In this document: positions 29,599 to 39,580 of the stretch, one piece after another | How the letters are laid out: each line of letters opens with the position of its first letter | Numbering within the stretch: position 1 is the stretch's first letter | Source of the DNA: Candidatus Kapaibacterium sp. | Lineage (GTDB): Bacteria > Pseudomonadota > Gammaproteobacteria > Burkholderiales > Burkholderiaceae_C | Length of the DNA: 64,000 nt | Assembly: GCA_943370435.1 (NCBI GenBank) | Contig: CALRQX020000022.1 | Location: 4,313 to 68,312, forward strand | Direction of reading: 5' to 3' | The notes under the pieces: generated by a model | Databases searched by the model: none | The model's input: only the letters and a program-made list of their open reading frames with translations | Told to the model about the DNA's origin: nothing | Translations under genes and position numbers: made by a program

Positions 29599-30051
29599 AT
29601 GAGCAACATCGACGAACTCAAAAGCACCGGCCTGAAGGCCACCCTGCCACGGCTGAAAATCCTCGAAATTTTCCAGGCCGGCAAACAACGCCACATGACC
29701 GCTGAAGACGTGTTCCGGGTGCTGCTGGAAGACCGCTCCGACATCGGCCTGGCCACGGTGTACCGGGTGCTCACGCAATTTGAGCAGGCCGGCCTGCTGA
29801 ACCGCAGCAACTTCGAGTCCGGCAAGGCGGTTTATGAAATCAATGAGGGCCAGCACCACGACCACCTGGTGTGCCTCGATTGCGGCCGGGTCGAAGAGTT
29901 TTACGACGCCGAAATTGAAAAGCGCCAGCATGCGGTGGCGAAAGCCAAAGGGTTTGCGATTGCAGACCACTCGCTGTCCATCTATGCCAACTGCACCAAG
30001 GACAAATGCCCACACCGCAGCGCAGCGCCCATGCGCCATCACCACCTTTGA
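29599..30051 (+). CDS. fur: ferric uptake regulator
   Basis: From MSNIDELKSTGLKATLPRLKILEIF...; HHDHLVCLDCGRVEEF metal-site motif. Confidence 0.93.
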   Translation: MSNIDELKSTGLKATLPRLKILEIFQAGKQRHMTAEDVFRVLLEDRSDIGLATVYRVLTQFEQAGLLNRSNFESGKAVYEINEGQHHDHLVCLDCGRVEEFYDAEIEKRQHAVAKAKGFAIADHSLSIYANCTKDKCPHRSAAPMRHHHL

Positions 30052-30061
30052 TCGTTTGAGA

Positions 30062-30116
30062 GGTAAAGGGGTGCAGCCCTTTACCGGCGCAGGCAAACAG
30101 CTATAAATTCAATAGC
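30062..30116 (+). repeat. REP-like intergenic repeat, copy A (includes 9-bp hairpin GGTAAAGGG/CCCTTTACC)
   Basis: gtgCAGCCCTTTaccggcGCAGGCAAACAGCTATAAATTCAATAGC between the convergent fur and hprK genes. Confidence 0.7.
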
Positions 30117-30175
30117 GGCTGCAGGCCGGGCAGCGCCGCCGTGCCGCTCACGAAGAGGGCGCCCGTGGGGGCCAT

Positions 30176-31126
30176 TCAGCCGCCCCTCTCCATCGCCTGG
30201 CGGTGCCGCTCTACAAACTCCTGGTAGGTGTCGATGCCGCGCAGCTGCAAAATCACATTGCGCACGGCCGCCTCCACCAGCACCGCGATGTTGCGCCCGG
30301 CCACCACCTGGATGATGACCTTGCGCACCGGAATGCCGAGCACATCCTGCGTCAGGGGCTCGTACGGGATGCGTTCGTATTCGCGCTCCAGCGTCTCGCG
30401 CCGCACCAGATGCACGATGAGCTTGAGGCGCATCTTGCGGCGCACTGCGGTTTCGCCAAAAATCGCCTTGATGTCGAGCAGGCCGATGCCGCGCACTTCG
30501 AGCAGGTTTTGCAGCAGCTCCGGGCAGCGGCCCTCAATCGTGGTCTGGTTGATGCGGTACAGGTCCACCGCGTCGTCGGCCACCAGGCCGTGGCCGCGCG
30601 AGATCAGCTCCAGGCCCAGCTCACTTTTGCCGAGGCCGGATTCGCCGGTGATCATCAGGCCCACGCCCAGAATGTCCATGAACACGCCGTGCATCGAGGT
30701 GCGGTCGGCAAAATGTTTGGACAGGTAGGCGCGCAACACGTCGATCACAAACGCAGCCGATTCCTGGGTCGCAAACATCGGCATCTGCGCGCGCTCACAC
30801 ATGGAGAGCAGCGTATCGGGCGCCACCTGGCCGTCGGCGATGATCAGCACCGGCGGCTCCAGCGTGACGATGCGCGAGATGCGGCGCGCGCAATCTTCCG
30901 GGCTGCCGTTGCTGAGGTAAGCGATTTCGCGCTCACCCAGCAGTTGCACCCGGTAGGGGTGGATGTAGTTCAGGTAGCCAACCAGATCTGCGCCTGAGCG
31001 CGCGGCACGCACCGCGACTTCGTCGAAACGCCGTTCGGAGGCGCCCAGTCCGGCTACCCACTCCCACTTGAGCGCGGCGCGGTGGTCTTCAAACAGCACG
31101 TCGGCGCTGACAACGGTGGGCTTCAT
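30176..31126 (-). CDS. hprK: HPr kinase/phosphorylase
   Basis: 316 aa; Walker [10 protein letters not shown]; LEVRGIGL signature. Confidence 0.93.
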   Translation of the reverse strand: MKPTVVSADVLFEDHRAALKWEWVAGLGASERRFDEVAVRAARSGADLVGYLNYIHPYRVQLLGEREIAYLSNGSPEDCARRISRIVTLEPPVLIIADGQVAPDTLLSMCERAQMPMFATQESAAFVIDVLRAYLSKHFADRTSMHGVFMDILGVGLMITGESGLGKSELGLELISRGHGLVADDAVDLYRINQTTIEGRCPELLQNLLEVRGIGLLDIKAIFGETAVRRKMRLKLIVHLVRRETLEREYERIPYEPLTQDVLGIPVRKVIIQVVAGRNIAVLVEAAVRNVILQLRGIDTYQEFVERHRQAMERGG

Positions 31127-31166
31127 GCCTTGGTTTTCAGGGAAGCCCGGGTCATGTCAGGCAGGA

Positions 31167-31640
31167 CTAGGGGCTGATCGCGTGGCTGGACTGCCAGGAG
31201 GCAATCAGCTGGTGCAGCGCCGGGGCATCGGTGCTGGCCTTGAGCCGCTCGCGCAAAACGCTGTCGCTGAGCAATTCGGCAATCTCGGACAGGATTTCCA
31301 GGTGTTTCTGGGTCGCCGCCTCGGGCACCAGCAGGAAAATCAGCAGCCCCACGGCCTGCTCGTCGGGCGCATCAAAACCAATCGGTGTCTGCAGCTGGAA
31401 AACCGCCGCCATGGGCGCCTTCAGGCCCTTGATGCGGCCATGCGGAATCGCCACGCCATGCCCCAGGCCGGTTGATCCGAGACGCTCACGCGCAAACAGG
31501 CTGTCGGTGATCAGCGCCCGGTTCAGGCCATGCTGGTTTTCAAACAGCAAACCGGCTTCCTCAAAAGCACGCTTCTTGCTGGTCGCTTCAACGCTGACCA
31601 GAACCTGCGTGGGGGGCAATATTTGCGAGAGACGGTTCAT
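31167..31640 (-). CDS. ptsN: PTS-Ntr EIIA-like nitrogen regulatory protein
   Basis: 157 aa; phospho-His region GHGVAIPHGRIKGL. Confidence 0.9.
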   Translation of the reverse strand: MNRLSQILPPTQVLVSVEATSKKRAFEEAGLLFENQHGLNRALITDSLFARERLGSTGLGHGVAIPHGRIKGLKAPMAAVFQLQTPIGFDAPDEQAVGLLIFLLVPEAATQKHLEILSEIAELLSDSVLRERLKASTDAPALHQLIASWQSSHAISP

Positions 31641-31697
31641 AAGGGGTTTTAGTCGCCGAATTATGCACTTTCAATGACATGCCGGCCAGCCGGCCAC

Positions 31698-31723
31698 AAA
31701 AAAGCCGCCTGATCACAGGCGGC
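31698..31723 (-). terminator. rho-independent terminator after hpf
   Basis: Minus strand GCCGCCTG-tgat-CAGGCGGC followed by TTTTTTG, 44 nt after the hpf stop. Confidence 0.8.
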
Positions 31724-31766
31724 CTGGTTGACGGCTTGAGGCGGCGGCTGAGCCTGCCCCGTGCGC

Positions 31767-32096
31767 TCACATCTGCCGCTTGGCGGTGACGTGGTGGTGG
31801 TCCTGGGTTTTGGTCTTGTAGCGGCCGACCTGGCGGTCCAGCTTGTCGGCCAGATCATCGACCGCCGCATACAGATCAGCGTGCGAGCTTTCGGCAAACA
31901 GGTCACGCCCCTTGACGTGGACATTGCACTCGGCTTTCTGTCTGAGCTCCTTCTCCTTCATGTTATCTACCGTGAGCAGGACTTTCACATCCACCACCTG
32001 GTCGAAATGCCGGGTAATCCGGTCCAGCTTGCTGGTTACGTAGCCGCGTAACGCGGGGGTAACTTCAAGGTGATGGCCACTGATCGTCAAATTCAT
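31767..32096 (-). CDS. hpf: ribosome hibernation promoting factor (sigma-54 modulation protein family)
   Basis: Last 109 aa of ORF 31767..33428: [41 protein letters not shown].... GGAG Shine-Dalgarno upstream. The rest of that 553-aa ORF is antisense to the patatin gene. Confidence 0.92.
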   Translation of the reverse strand: MNLTISGHHLEVTPALRGYVTSKLDRITRHFDQVVDVKVLLTVDNMKEKELRQKAECNVHVKGRDLFAESSHADLYAAVDDLADKLDRQVGRYKTKTQDHHHVTAKRQM

Positions 32097-32543
32097 AAAG
32101 AGACTCCTTTTTCCATGGCTGGAGGGGTTAAAAACACCGTGCCGGCCTGCCAGGCCGGGCGGTGGACGGACAACTCTCTTGGATTCACTATGCGCCCGAA
32201 CCGGGGCAAACGCAATCCCGCATCGCAACAATAGTGAAACGGTCTGAAAGGAGGCCACGCCGCAGGGGAATGCTGTCAAACAGGCCTCGACCCATGGTGG
32301 GTGGATGCGCCTGTATTTTTCGGGATGCAATGAAAGTGATGGGTGACTTCCGCCCACAAGGACCAGCCGCCAGTGCATGAAAGCCGTGCACGCATTGCGG
32401 TGGCAGTAGAACCGGGTTACCGTAGGCCAAAATCCTCTGAAAGGGCGGCGCCTTGACAAGACTCGCACCGGTTTCGCAGAGCCTCCGGGCAGCCTGGCAG
32501 TCCCGGCCGCTGTTTTCCATCCTGCCGGAGGCAGCCCCGTACC

Positions 32544-33776
32544 ATGTCGCTTGAAACGATTATCTCCTCGGGCCTGACACGGCCCGCTGAGGACCGCACG
32601 GCCCTGGTGCTGATGGGGGGCGGTGCCCGCACCGCCTACCAGGCGGGGGTATTGCAGGCGCTGGGCCGCATGCTCAAGCCACCGCAGGAGACGCCCAAGC
32701 CCGCGCGCTTCCCGTTCAGAATTCTGGTGGGCACCTCCGCCGGCGCACTCAATGCCTGTTACCTGGCCAGCCGGGCGACCCAGGGGCTGGCCGCGTTTGC
32801 GCAGCTTGCCGACTTCTGGAGCAGCCTGCGTTCGGCGCAGGTCTACCAGCTCAAGGTGCCCGGCTGGATACGTTCCAGCCGGATCGCAGCCGCCCTGTTC
32901 CTGTCCCAGCAGGTCCGAAAGCAGCATGCGTTTTTGAACAACACGCCGCTGGTCAACACCCTGCACCGGGTGATCTCGCTGCCCGAGATTGACCAGGCGC
33001 TGGAGGATAAAACCCTGCTGGCGCTGGCGGTGACCGCCTCGAGCTACACCAGTGGCGTTCACTGGACTTTTTGCCACACGTCGCGCGACGCCGGAACGGG
33101 CTTGTGGAACCGGCCCGGCCGCCGCGCCGAGTTTCAGCCCATCACGATTGAACACCTGATGGCCTCCAGCGCCATCCCCTTCCTTTTTCCTGCCACGCCT
33201 TTGTGGGTCGATGGCCATTGCGAGTATTTTGGCGATGGCTCCATGCGCCAGAGCTCGCCGCTGTCGTCGTCGCTGCATCTGGGCGCCAACAAAATTCTGG
33301 TGGTCGGTGTCGGCCAGCCCGAGCGCGCCGGGCTCACCGGCCCGGCCAGCGGCGCCAGCGGCGCCAGGCCCAGCCTCGGTGCGATTGCCGGCCACGCACT
33401 GGCCAGCGTTTTTCAGGACACGCTGCAAGCCGACGTCGAGCAGGCGCAGCGCGTGAGCAAAACACTGAGCCAGATGCCGCGCGAAATCGCAGCCGTCATG
33501 CCCTACCGACCCATCGAGGTGCTGGCCATTTCGCCCTCCCAGTCACTCGACGCCCTGGCCCAGGCACATGCCGGCGAATTGCCCAGCGCAACCTACAACG
33601 CGCTGGCCGGTCTGGGGGCGCTGGGCGTCAGGGGCAGCCCGAGTGGCGCTGCCCTCGCCAGCTACCTGCTGTTCGAGCCTGGTTTTGTGGCCGCGCTGAT
33701 GGCACTGGGCGAGCGTGACGCGCTGGCCCGCCGGGACGAGTTGATGGCCTTTTTTGGCCGCGCTGCGGGTGGATAA
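32544..33776 (+). CDS. patatin-like phospholipase family protein
   Basis: 410 aa; oxyanion [11 protein letters not shown], nucleophile elbow GTSAGA, catalytic Asp in FGDGSMRQ. Confidence 0.9.
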   Translation: MSLETIISSGLTRPAEDRTALVLMGGGARTAYQAGVLQALGRMLKPPQETPKPARFPFRILVGTSAGALNACYLASRATQGLAAFAQLADFWSSLRSAQVYQLKVPGWIRSSRIAAALFLSQQVRKQHAFLNNTPLVNTLHRVISLPEIDQALEDKTLLALAVTASSYTSGVHWTFCHTSRDAGTGLWNRPGRRAEFQPITIEHLMASSAIPFLFPATPLWVDGHCEYFGDGSMRQSSPLSSSLHLGANKILVVGVGQPERAGLTGPASGASGARPSLGAIAGHALASVFQDTLQADVEQAQRVSKTLSQMPREIAAVMPYRPIEVLAISPSQSLDALAQAHAGELPSATYNALAGLGALGVRGSPSGAALASYLLFEPGFVAALMALGERDALARRDELMAFFGRAAGG

Positions 33777-33879
33777 ATTCCCTAGCCAGTGCCATAATCG
33801 CCGCAGGTTCACTACGGAGAAATCCTTGGAAAGCAGCAGTACTTGCTAGCTTTCAGCACCGCAGACTGACACAGATGTC

Positions 33880-33919
33880 GGTGGGGTTGAAAGCGATAGC
33901 ACCCCACCCTCCTCTTTTT
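33880..33919 (+). terminator. stem-loop + T-run (patatin terminator or corA leader attenuator)
   Basis: GGTGGGGT-tgaaagcgatagc-ACCCCACC followed by CTCCTCTTTTTG. It lies 104 nt after the patatin stop and 54 nt before the corA ATG. Confidence 0.6.
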
Positions 33920-33972
33920 GCACGAGGCCCGCAGCCGTCCTGCGCCGGCCTTGACACAACAGGCACTCAGTC

Positions 33973-34959
33973 ATGCTCAATATTTTCACGCTCGCCAACG
34001 GGCGGCTGTTTCAGGAAGAAATCGAATCGCTGGAAGAGCTGTCACGCTTCCAGCCGATCTGGGTCGATCTGGAATCCCCCACCCTCGAAGAAAAACGCTG
34101 GATCAAGCAGTATTACGGCCTGTCCATCCCGGAAGACGCGATGGACGAGGACATCGAGGAGTCCGCCCGCTTTTACGAGGAGGACAACGGCGAGCTGCAC
34201 ATCCGCTCTGACTTCCTGATCGCCGACGATGCCGAACCGCGCACCGTGCGTGTCGCCTTCATCCTGAACCTGGTCAACGACGACCTGAAAAGCAAGGGCG
34301 TGCTGTTTTCCATCCACGACGAGGACGTGCCGGTGTTTCGCCTGCTGCGCATGCGTGCGCGCCGCGCGCCCGGCCTGATTGAAGACGCCAAGGAAGTGCT
34401 GCTCAAGCTGTTTGACGCGGACGCCGAATATTCGGCCGACACGCTGGAAGGCATTTACGACGAGCTTGAAAAAGTCAGCACCAAGGTGCTGTCGGGCGAC
34501 GTGACCGATGCGCTGGCCGGCGAGGTGCTGGGCGCCATTGCGCGCCACGAAGACCTGAACGGCCGCATCCGCCGCAACGTCATGGACACACGGCGCGCGG
34601 TGAGTTTCATGATGCGCAGCAAGATGCTCAACAGCGAGCAGTTTGAGGAGGCCCGGCAGATTCTGCGCGACATCGACTCCCTCGATTCGCACACCGCCTT
34701 CCTGTTCGACAAGATCAACTTCCTGATGGATGCCACGGTGGGTTTCATCAACATCAACCAGAACAAGATCATCAAGATCTTCTCGGTCGCCAGCGTGGCG
34801 CTGCTGCCACCGACCCTGATTGCGAGCGTTTACGGCATGAATTTCAAATTCATGCCCGAGCTCGACTGGACCCTGGGCTACCCGTATGCGCTGATCCTGA
34901 TGGCCGCCAGCGCCGTGGTGCCGATGTGGTACTTCCGGCGGCGCGGCTGGTTGAAGTAG
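33973..34959 (+). CDS. corA: magnesium/cobalt transporter CorA
   Basis: 328 aa; YGMNF signature followed by two C-terminal TM segments. Confidence 0.93.
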   Translation: MLNIFTLANGRLFQEEIESLEELSRFQPIWVDLESPTLEEKRWIKQYYGLSIPEDAMDEDIEESARFYEEDNGELHIRSDFLIADDAEPRTVRVAFILNLVNDDLKSKGVLFSIHDEDVPVFRLLRMRARRAPGLIEDAKEVLLKLFDADAEYSADTLEGIYDELEKVSTKVLSGDVTDALAGEVLGAIARHEDLNGRIRRNVMDTRRAVSFMMRSKMLNSEQFEEARQILRDIDSLDSHTAFLFDKINFLMDATVGFININQNKIIKIFSVASVALLPPTLIASVYGMNFKFMPELDWTLGYPYALILMAASAVVPMWYFRRRGWLK

Positions 34960-35021
34960 CCCCCACGGTCGCGCACTGCGTGTCGCTCACCAGGCCATGC
35001 AGGCAAGTGAGCCGCACCTTC

Positions 35022-35080
35022 CAGTCAAATCAGGCTGCAGCCCTTTCCTGACGGGCGCAAGCAGCTCCTGTTTTTATAGC
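35022..35080 (+). repeat. REP-like intergenic repeat, copy B
   Basis: CAGTCAAATCAGGctgCAGCCCTTTcctgacgGGCGCAAGCAGCTcctgtttttATAGC. Its last 7 nt supply the final Leu codon and TAA stop of the convergent nucleosidase gene. Confidence 0.75.
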
Positions 35081-35820
35081 GACCGAAGAAACCGGGCTAT
35101 GATGCGGTGGGCGTACTGGCTGGCCACTTCCTGCACAAAGCCGGAGAAATCGACATGGGCGCTGTCATCGGCGCGGTCGGAAATGGTGCGTATGGCGGCA
35201 AACGGCAGGCCGTAGTCCAGGCAGACCTGGGCCACCGCTGCGCCTTCCATCTCGACGGCCAGCACCGCATGGCCGGCGTCGGCCAGCGTGGTCTGCAACA
35301 CACGCGACTCCTCTGCCCCGGAGACAAAACGGTCGCCGCTGGCCAGCAGCCCCCGGTGCACGCAGGCCTGCGGAAAACGCCGCCCGGCGTGCCCTGATTG
35401 AGCCCCCAGCGCGTGTGTGGCGGCGGCATGCAAGAGGGCGGTCAAGGCCGCATCGCTCTGAAACCGGGCCTTGCCATAAAAAGGCACTTCGTAACGCGGA
35501 AACAGCGGCGACACATCGAGGTCGTGTTGCAGAAACTCGGTGGCGACCACCACATCGCCGACCTGCACCTGCGCGCCCAGGCCCCCGGCCACGCCGGTGA
35601 ACACCATGCGCGCCGCTCCGAAACGTTCGATCAGGGCCGTGGCCGTGGTGGCTGCCGCCACCTTGCCGATTTTTGACAAGGCCAGCACCACCGGCTGGCC
35701 GTGCAGCTCACCCTGCCAGAAATCGCGGCCCGCATGGCTGGTTTTGTGCGGCTGACGCAGCAGATCGATCAGGCCATGTTGCTCTTCGGCCAGCGCGCTG
35801 AGAATGGCGGTTCGGGTCAT
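35074..35820 (-). CDS. mtnN: 5'-methylthioadenosine/S-adenosylhomocysteine nucleosidase family protein
   Basis: 248 aa PNP_UDP_1 fold: FTGVAGGL, AVEMEGAAVAQVC, TISDRAD. Confidence 0.8.
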   Translation of the reverse strand: MTRTAILSALAEEQHGLIDLLRQPHKTSHAGRDFWQGELHGQPVVLALSKIGKVAAATTATALIERFGAARMVFTGVAGGLGAQVQVGDVVVATEFLQHDLDVSPLFPRYEVPFYGKARFQSDAALTALLHAAATHALGAQSGHAGRRFPQACVHRGLLASGDRFVSGAEESRVLQTTLADAGHAVLAVEMEGAAVAQVCLDYGLPFAAIRTISDRADDSAHVDFSGFVQEVASQYAHRIIARFLRSL

Positions 35821-35865
35821 CCCCGCAGTTTGCCTGAAGTGCGCAGGGGGCCGTGCTGCACAAGG

Positions 35866-35889
35866 AAAAAGGCGGCCGGAGCCGCCTTT
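35866..35889 (-). terminator. rho-independent terminator after fadD
   Basis: Minus strand AAAGGCGGC-tccg-GCCGCCTTTTT, about 20 nt after the fadD stop. Confidence 0.7.
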
Positions 35890-35908
35890 GCCAAGGTCGC
35901 TTGCGGCC

Positions 35909-37597
35909 TTATTTCTTGTCCCGCAATTCGCGGCGCAGGATTTTGCCGACCGGTGTTTTCGGCAGCTCGGTTCGGAACTCCACCACCTTGGGCTGTTTGT
36001 AGCCGGTCAGGTTGGTCTTGCAGAACTCGCGCACCTGGGCTTCGGTCAGGTCCGGGTTCTTCTTGACGATGACCAGCTTGACCGCTTCGCCCGACTTGTC
36101 GTCGGCGACACCAACGCAGGCGCATTCCATCACCCCTGGCATGCCACCCACCACATCTTCAACTTCATTCGGATAGACATTGAAGCCGCTGACCAGAATC
36201 ATGTCCTTCTTGCGATCCACAATCTTGAAGAAGCCGCGCTCATCGACGATACCGACGTCGCCGGACTTGAAGTAGCCGTCGGGCGTCATGACCTTGGCGG
36301 TCTCGTCGGGACGCTGCCAGTAACCGGCCATCACCTGCGGGCCCTTGATCGCAATCTCGCCGGGCTGACCGGCAGGCACTTCGTTGCCGTCGTCGTCGAG
36401 CAGCTTGAACCAGGTGCCGGGAATCGGCACGCCTATGGTGCCGGTGAAGGCCTTGCTGTTGGTCGGGTTGCAGCTGGCTGACGGCGAGGTTTCCGACAGG
36501 CCATACCCTTCGCAGATCGGGCAGCCGGTTTTCTCCAGCCAGAGTTTGGCCACCGCGCTGGTGACGGCCATGCCGCCGCCCAGGGAAATTTTCAGGTGCG
36601 ACCAGTCCACGGTGTTGAAGTCGGGGTGATTGGCCAGGCCATTGAACAGCGTATTGACCGCCGGAAAACTGTTGATCTTGTGTTTGGCCAGCTCCTTGAG
36701 AACGGCCGGCAGATCGCGCGGGTTCGGGATCAGGATGTTTTTTCCGCCGGTGCGCATGCCCAGCATCATGTTCACGGTGAAGGCGAAGATGTGGTACAGC
36801 GGCAGCGCGCACACATAAACCGGCTGCACGCCCGGTGTCAGGCTGCCCATGGCCGGGCCGTTCCAGGCTTCGGACTGCAACACATTGGCAATCACGTTGC
36901 GGTGCAGCAGCACCGCCCCTTTGGAAACCCCGGTGGTGCCGCCGGTGTATTGCAGCACGGCCACATCGTCAGGTTTGATGTCAGGCCGCTTGAGCGTGCC
37001 GCGTGTGCCCTGGGCCACCGCATCGTTGAAGCGCACCGCGCCTGGCAGATTGAAAGCCGGCACCATCTTCTTGACGTTGCGCACCACGTAGTTGACCAGC
37101 GCACCCTTGAGCACGCCGAGCTGGTCGCCCATGGCGGCCAGCACCACATGTTTGACCGGCGTGCTGGCAATACATTGCTCCAGCGTGCTGGCGAAGTTTT
37201 CGATGATGACAATCGCCTTGGCGCCGGAGTCCTTGAGCTGGTGCTCGAGTTCGCGCGGGGTGTACAGCGGATTGACATTGACCACCACAAAGCCGGCGCG
37301 CAGGATGGCGGCGACCGCCACCGGATACTGCGGCACATTCGGCATCATGATGGCCACACGGTCGCCTTTGGCCAGGCCCAGACCCTGCAGATAAGCGGCA
37401 AAAGCCTGCGACAGGCTGTCGGTCTGGCCGAAAGTCACGTCTTTGCCCATGAAGCTGTAGGCCACGGCAGAGGCGTTTTTCTTGAAGCTTTCCTCCATCA
37501 GCGCCACCAGCGAGGCGTACTGTGACGCATCAATATCGGCGGGCACACCCGGTGGGTAGGCGCTCAGCCAGGGGCGGTCGGCGGTGGATGCATTCAT
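35909..37597 (-). CDS. fadD: long-chain-fatty-acid--CoA ligase
   Basis: From MNASTADRPWLSAYPPGVPADI...; AMP-binding motif LQYTGGTTGVSKGAVLLHRN; C-terminal GKILRRELRDKK. Confidence 0.9.
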   Translation of the reverse strand: MNASTADRPWLSAYPPGVPADIDASQYASLVALMEESFKKNASAVAYSFMGKDVTFGQTDSLSQAFAAYLQGLGLAKGDRVAIMMPNVPQYPVAVAAILRAGFVVVNVNPLYTPRELEHQLKDSGAKAIVIIENFASTLEQCIASTPVKHVVLAAMGDQLGVLKGALVNYVVRNVKKMVPAFNLPGAVRFNDAVAQGTRGTLKRPDIKPDDVAVLQYTGGTTGVSKGAVLLHRNVIANVLQSEAWNGPAMGSLTPGVQPVYVCALPLYHIFAFTVNMMLGMRTGGKNILIPNPRDLPAVLKELAKHKINSFPAVNTLFNGLANHPDFNTVDWSHLKISLGGGMAVTSAVAKLWLEKTGCPICEGYGLSETSPSASCNPTNSKAFTGTIGVPIPGTWFKLLDDDGNEVPAGQPGEIAIKGPQVMAGYWQRPDETAKVMTPDGYFKSGDVGIVDERGFFKIVDRKKDMILVSGFNVYPNEVEDVVGGMPGVMECACVGVADDKSGEAVKLVIVKKNPDLTEAQVREFCKTNLTGYKQPKVVEFRTELPKTPVGKILRRELRDKK

Positions 37598-37755
37598 GCT
37601 TGTCTTCTCCAGATGACGGTTGAACTGTTGCCACGGATTTTCGTGGCGCAACCCTCTGCGGGGCTATTGCGTTTTCCCTATGAAAGCGGCAAATCCGGAG
37701 GGAAGGCCCTCTAATTGAGGCTTGCCCGGACGGAAAAAAGTGTTACCCCGGCGAA

Positions 37756-39189
37756 TTATTCGATCGCCTTGCCCATGTCTTCAATCACTTTTTTGGCATC
37801 CCCGAACACCATCATGGTCTTGTCCATGTAAAACAGCTCATTGTCCAGGCCGGCATAACCGGCGGCCATCGAGCGTTTGTTGACGATGACCGTCTTGGCC
37901 TTGTAGGCCTCCAGAATCGGCATGCCGTAGATCGCGCTGCCCTTGACATGGGCGGCGGGATTGACCACATCGTTGGCGCCCAGAATGATGGCAACGTCGG
38001 CCTGGCCAAACTCGGCATTGATGTCTTCCATCTCGAACACCTGGTCGTAAGGCACCTCGGCCTCGGCCAGCAACACATTCATGTGTCCCGGCATGCGGCC
38101 GGCCACCGGGTGGATCGCGTATTTGACCGTGACGCCCCTGTCGATCAGTTTCTGCGCCAGTTCCTTGACCGAGTGCTGCGCCCGCGCCACCGCCAGGCCA
38201 TAACCGGGCACGATGATCACGGTTTCGGCATTGCCCAGAATGAAGGCCGCGTCGTCGGCCGAGCCCGACTTGACCGGGCGCTGCTCCTTGGCGCCGGCCG
38301 CTGCCGTGCCCGCCTCGCCGCCAAAACCGCCGAGGATCACGTTGAAGAAGGAGCGGTTCATCGCCTTGCACATGATGTAGGACAGGATGGCACCCGAGGA
38401 GCCGACCAGCGAACCAGCGACGATCAGCATCGCGTTGTTCAGCGAAAACCCGATGCCGGCCGCGGCCCACCCCGAATAGCTGTTGAGCATGGACACCACC
38501 ACCGGCATGTCGGCGCCGCCTATCGGGATGATGATCAGCACACCGAGCACAAAAGACAGGGCCAGCATCGCAAAAAACGCGGTCCAGTTGCCGGTGAACA
38601 TGAACACCAGGCCGAGGACCAGGGTGGCGATGCCCAGCACCAGATTGAGCATGTGCTGGCCGGAAAAGGTGACCGGCGCGCCCTGGAACAGGCGGAATTT
38701 GTACTTGCCGCTGAGTTTGCCGAAAGCAATCACCGAGCCGCTGAAGGTGATCGCGCCAATCGCGGCACCGAGAAACAGCTCGAGCCGGTTGCCGGCGGGA
38801 ATCGCGGCGGTGCCCAGACCGGCGGCCACAATGCCAAAGGCGTCGGGCTCGGCCATGGCCGCCACCGCAATGAACACCGCCGCCAGACCAATCATGCTGT
38901 GCATGAAAGCCACCAGTTCGGGCATCTTGGTCATCTCGACGCGTTTGGCCATGATGGTGCCGGCGGCACCGCCAACCACCAGCGCGGCCAGCACGTAGAC
39001 CATGCCAAAAGCCTTGCCGCCGGAGATCTGCACAATCAGCGCGCCGGTGGTGAGCACGGCAATCGCCATGCCGACCATGCCGAACAAATTGCCGCGGATC
39101 GAGGTCGTGGGATGGGACAGGCCCTTGAGTGCCTGGATGAAACAGACCGAGGCCACCAGGTACAGCAGCGTGACAAGATTCATGCTCAT
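37756..39189 (-). CDS. pntB: NAD(P) transhydrogenase beta subunit
   Basis: 477 aa; membrane domain plus NADP(H)-binding dIII ([32 protein letters not shown]). Confidence 0.95.
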   Translation of the reverse strand: MSMNLVTLLYLVASVCFIQALKGLSHPTTSIRGNLFGMVGMAIAVLTTGALIVQISGGKAFGMVYVLAALVVGGAAGTIMAKRVEMTKMPELVAFMHSMIGLAAVFIAVAAMAEPDAFGIVAAGLGTAAIPAGNRLELFLGAAIGAITFSGSVIAFGKLSGKYKFRLFQGAPVTFSGQHMLNLVLGIATLVLGLVFMFTGNWTAFFAMLALSFVLGVLIIIPIGGADMPVVVSMLNSYSGWAAAGIGFSLNNAMLIVAGSLVGSSGAILSYIMCKAMNRSFFNVILGGFGGEAGTAAAGAKEQRPVKSGSADDAAFILGNAETVIIVPGYGLAVARAQHSVKELAQKLIDRGVTVKYAIHPVAGRMPGHMNVLLAEAEVPYDQVFEMEDINAEFGQADVAIILGANDVVNPAAHVKGSAIYGMPILEAYKAKTVIVNKRSMAAGYAGLDNELFYMDKTMMVFGDAKKVIEDMGKAIE

Positions 39190-39512
39190 TTGGCGGCTCC
39201 TGCATCAGCCGCTACGGCCTTCTTCTCTTTTTTCCGGAACATCTCCAGCATGCGGCGCGTGACCAGAAAGCCGCCGAACACATTGACCGCCGCCAGCGCC
39301 ACCGCCAGCACACCCATGGTTTTACCGAGCGGCGTGACCGTCAGCGCGGCCGCCAGCATGGCGCCAACGATGACAATCGCCGAAATCGCATTGGTCACCG
39401 CCATCAGCGGCGTGTGCAGCGCAGGGGTGACGGTCCAGACCACGTGGTAGCCCACGTAAATGGCCAGCACAAAAATGATGAGGTTGATGATGGTGGGGGA
39501 TACGATGTCCAT
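39186..39512 (-). CDS. pntA: NAD(P) transhydrogenase alpha subunit, membrane part 2
   Basis: 108-aa 3-TM protein overlapping the pntB start by 4 nt; split-alpha arrangement. Confidence 0.88.
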   Translation of the reverse strand: MDIVSPTIINLIIFVLAIYVGYHVVWTVTPALHTPLMAVTNAISAIVIVGAMLAAALTVTPLGKTMGVLAVALAAVNVFGGFLVTRRMLEMFRKKEKKAVAADAGAAK

Positions 39513-39580
39513 GATGTTCTCCGTGTCCGTTGCACTCTGGCTGCCGAACCCTTCGACAGACCCGGGGCGAACGGGATTTG

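Noticed and set aside
32488-32506. Sigma-54-like TGGCAG element upstream of the patatin gene.
   Set aside because: The -12 GC dinucleotide is not at the required spacing (TGGCAG-tcccg-GCCGC does not fit TGGCAC-N5-TTGC).
32100-32540. Possible RNase P RNA, tmRNA or 6S RNA in the hpf-upstream tract. A GTAGAACCGGGTTAC string vaguely recalls the RNase P 3' region.
   Set aside because: I could not find the conserved P4 GGAGGAAAGTCCGGGC-type motif, a tmRNA tag reading frame with a tRNA-like 3' end, or 6S architecture. The resemblance is a few nucleotides only. The tract is kept as an unexplained region, not called as a known RNA.
32097-33428. 553-aa minus-strand ORF 31767..33428, which could have been read as a large gene (for example a degenerate rpoN) upstream of and fused to hpf.
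   Set aside because: Only the last 109 aa (hpf, with its own ATG and Shine-Dalgarno sequence) look like a real protein. The remainder is antisense to the well-supported patatin gene or crosses the non-coding tract, and it shows no RpoN box or HTH.
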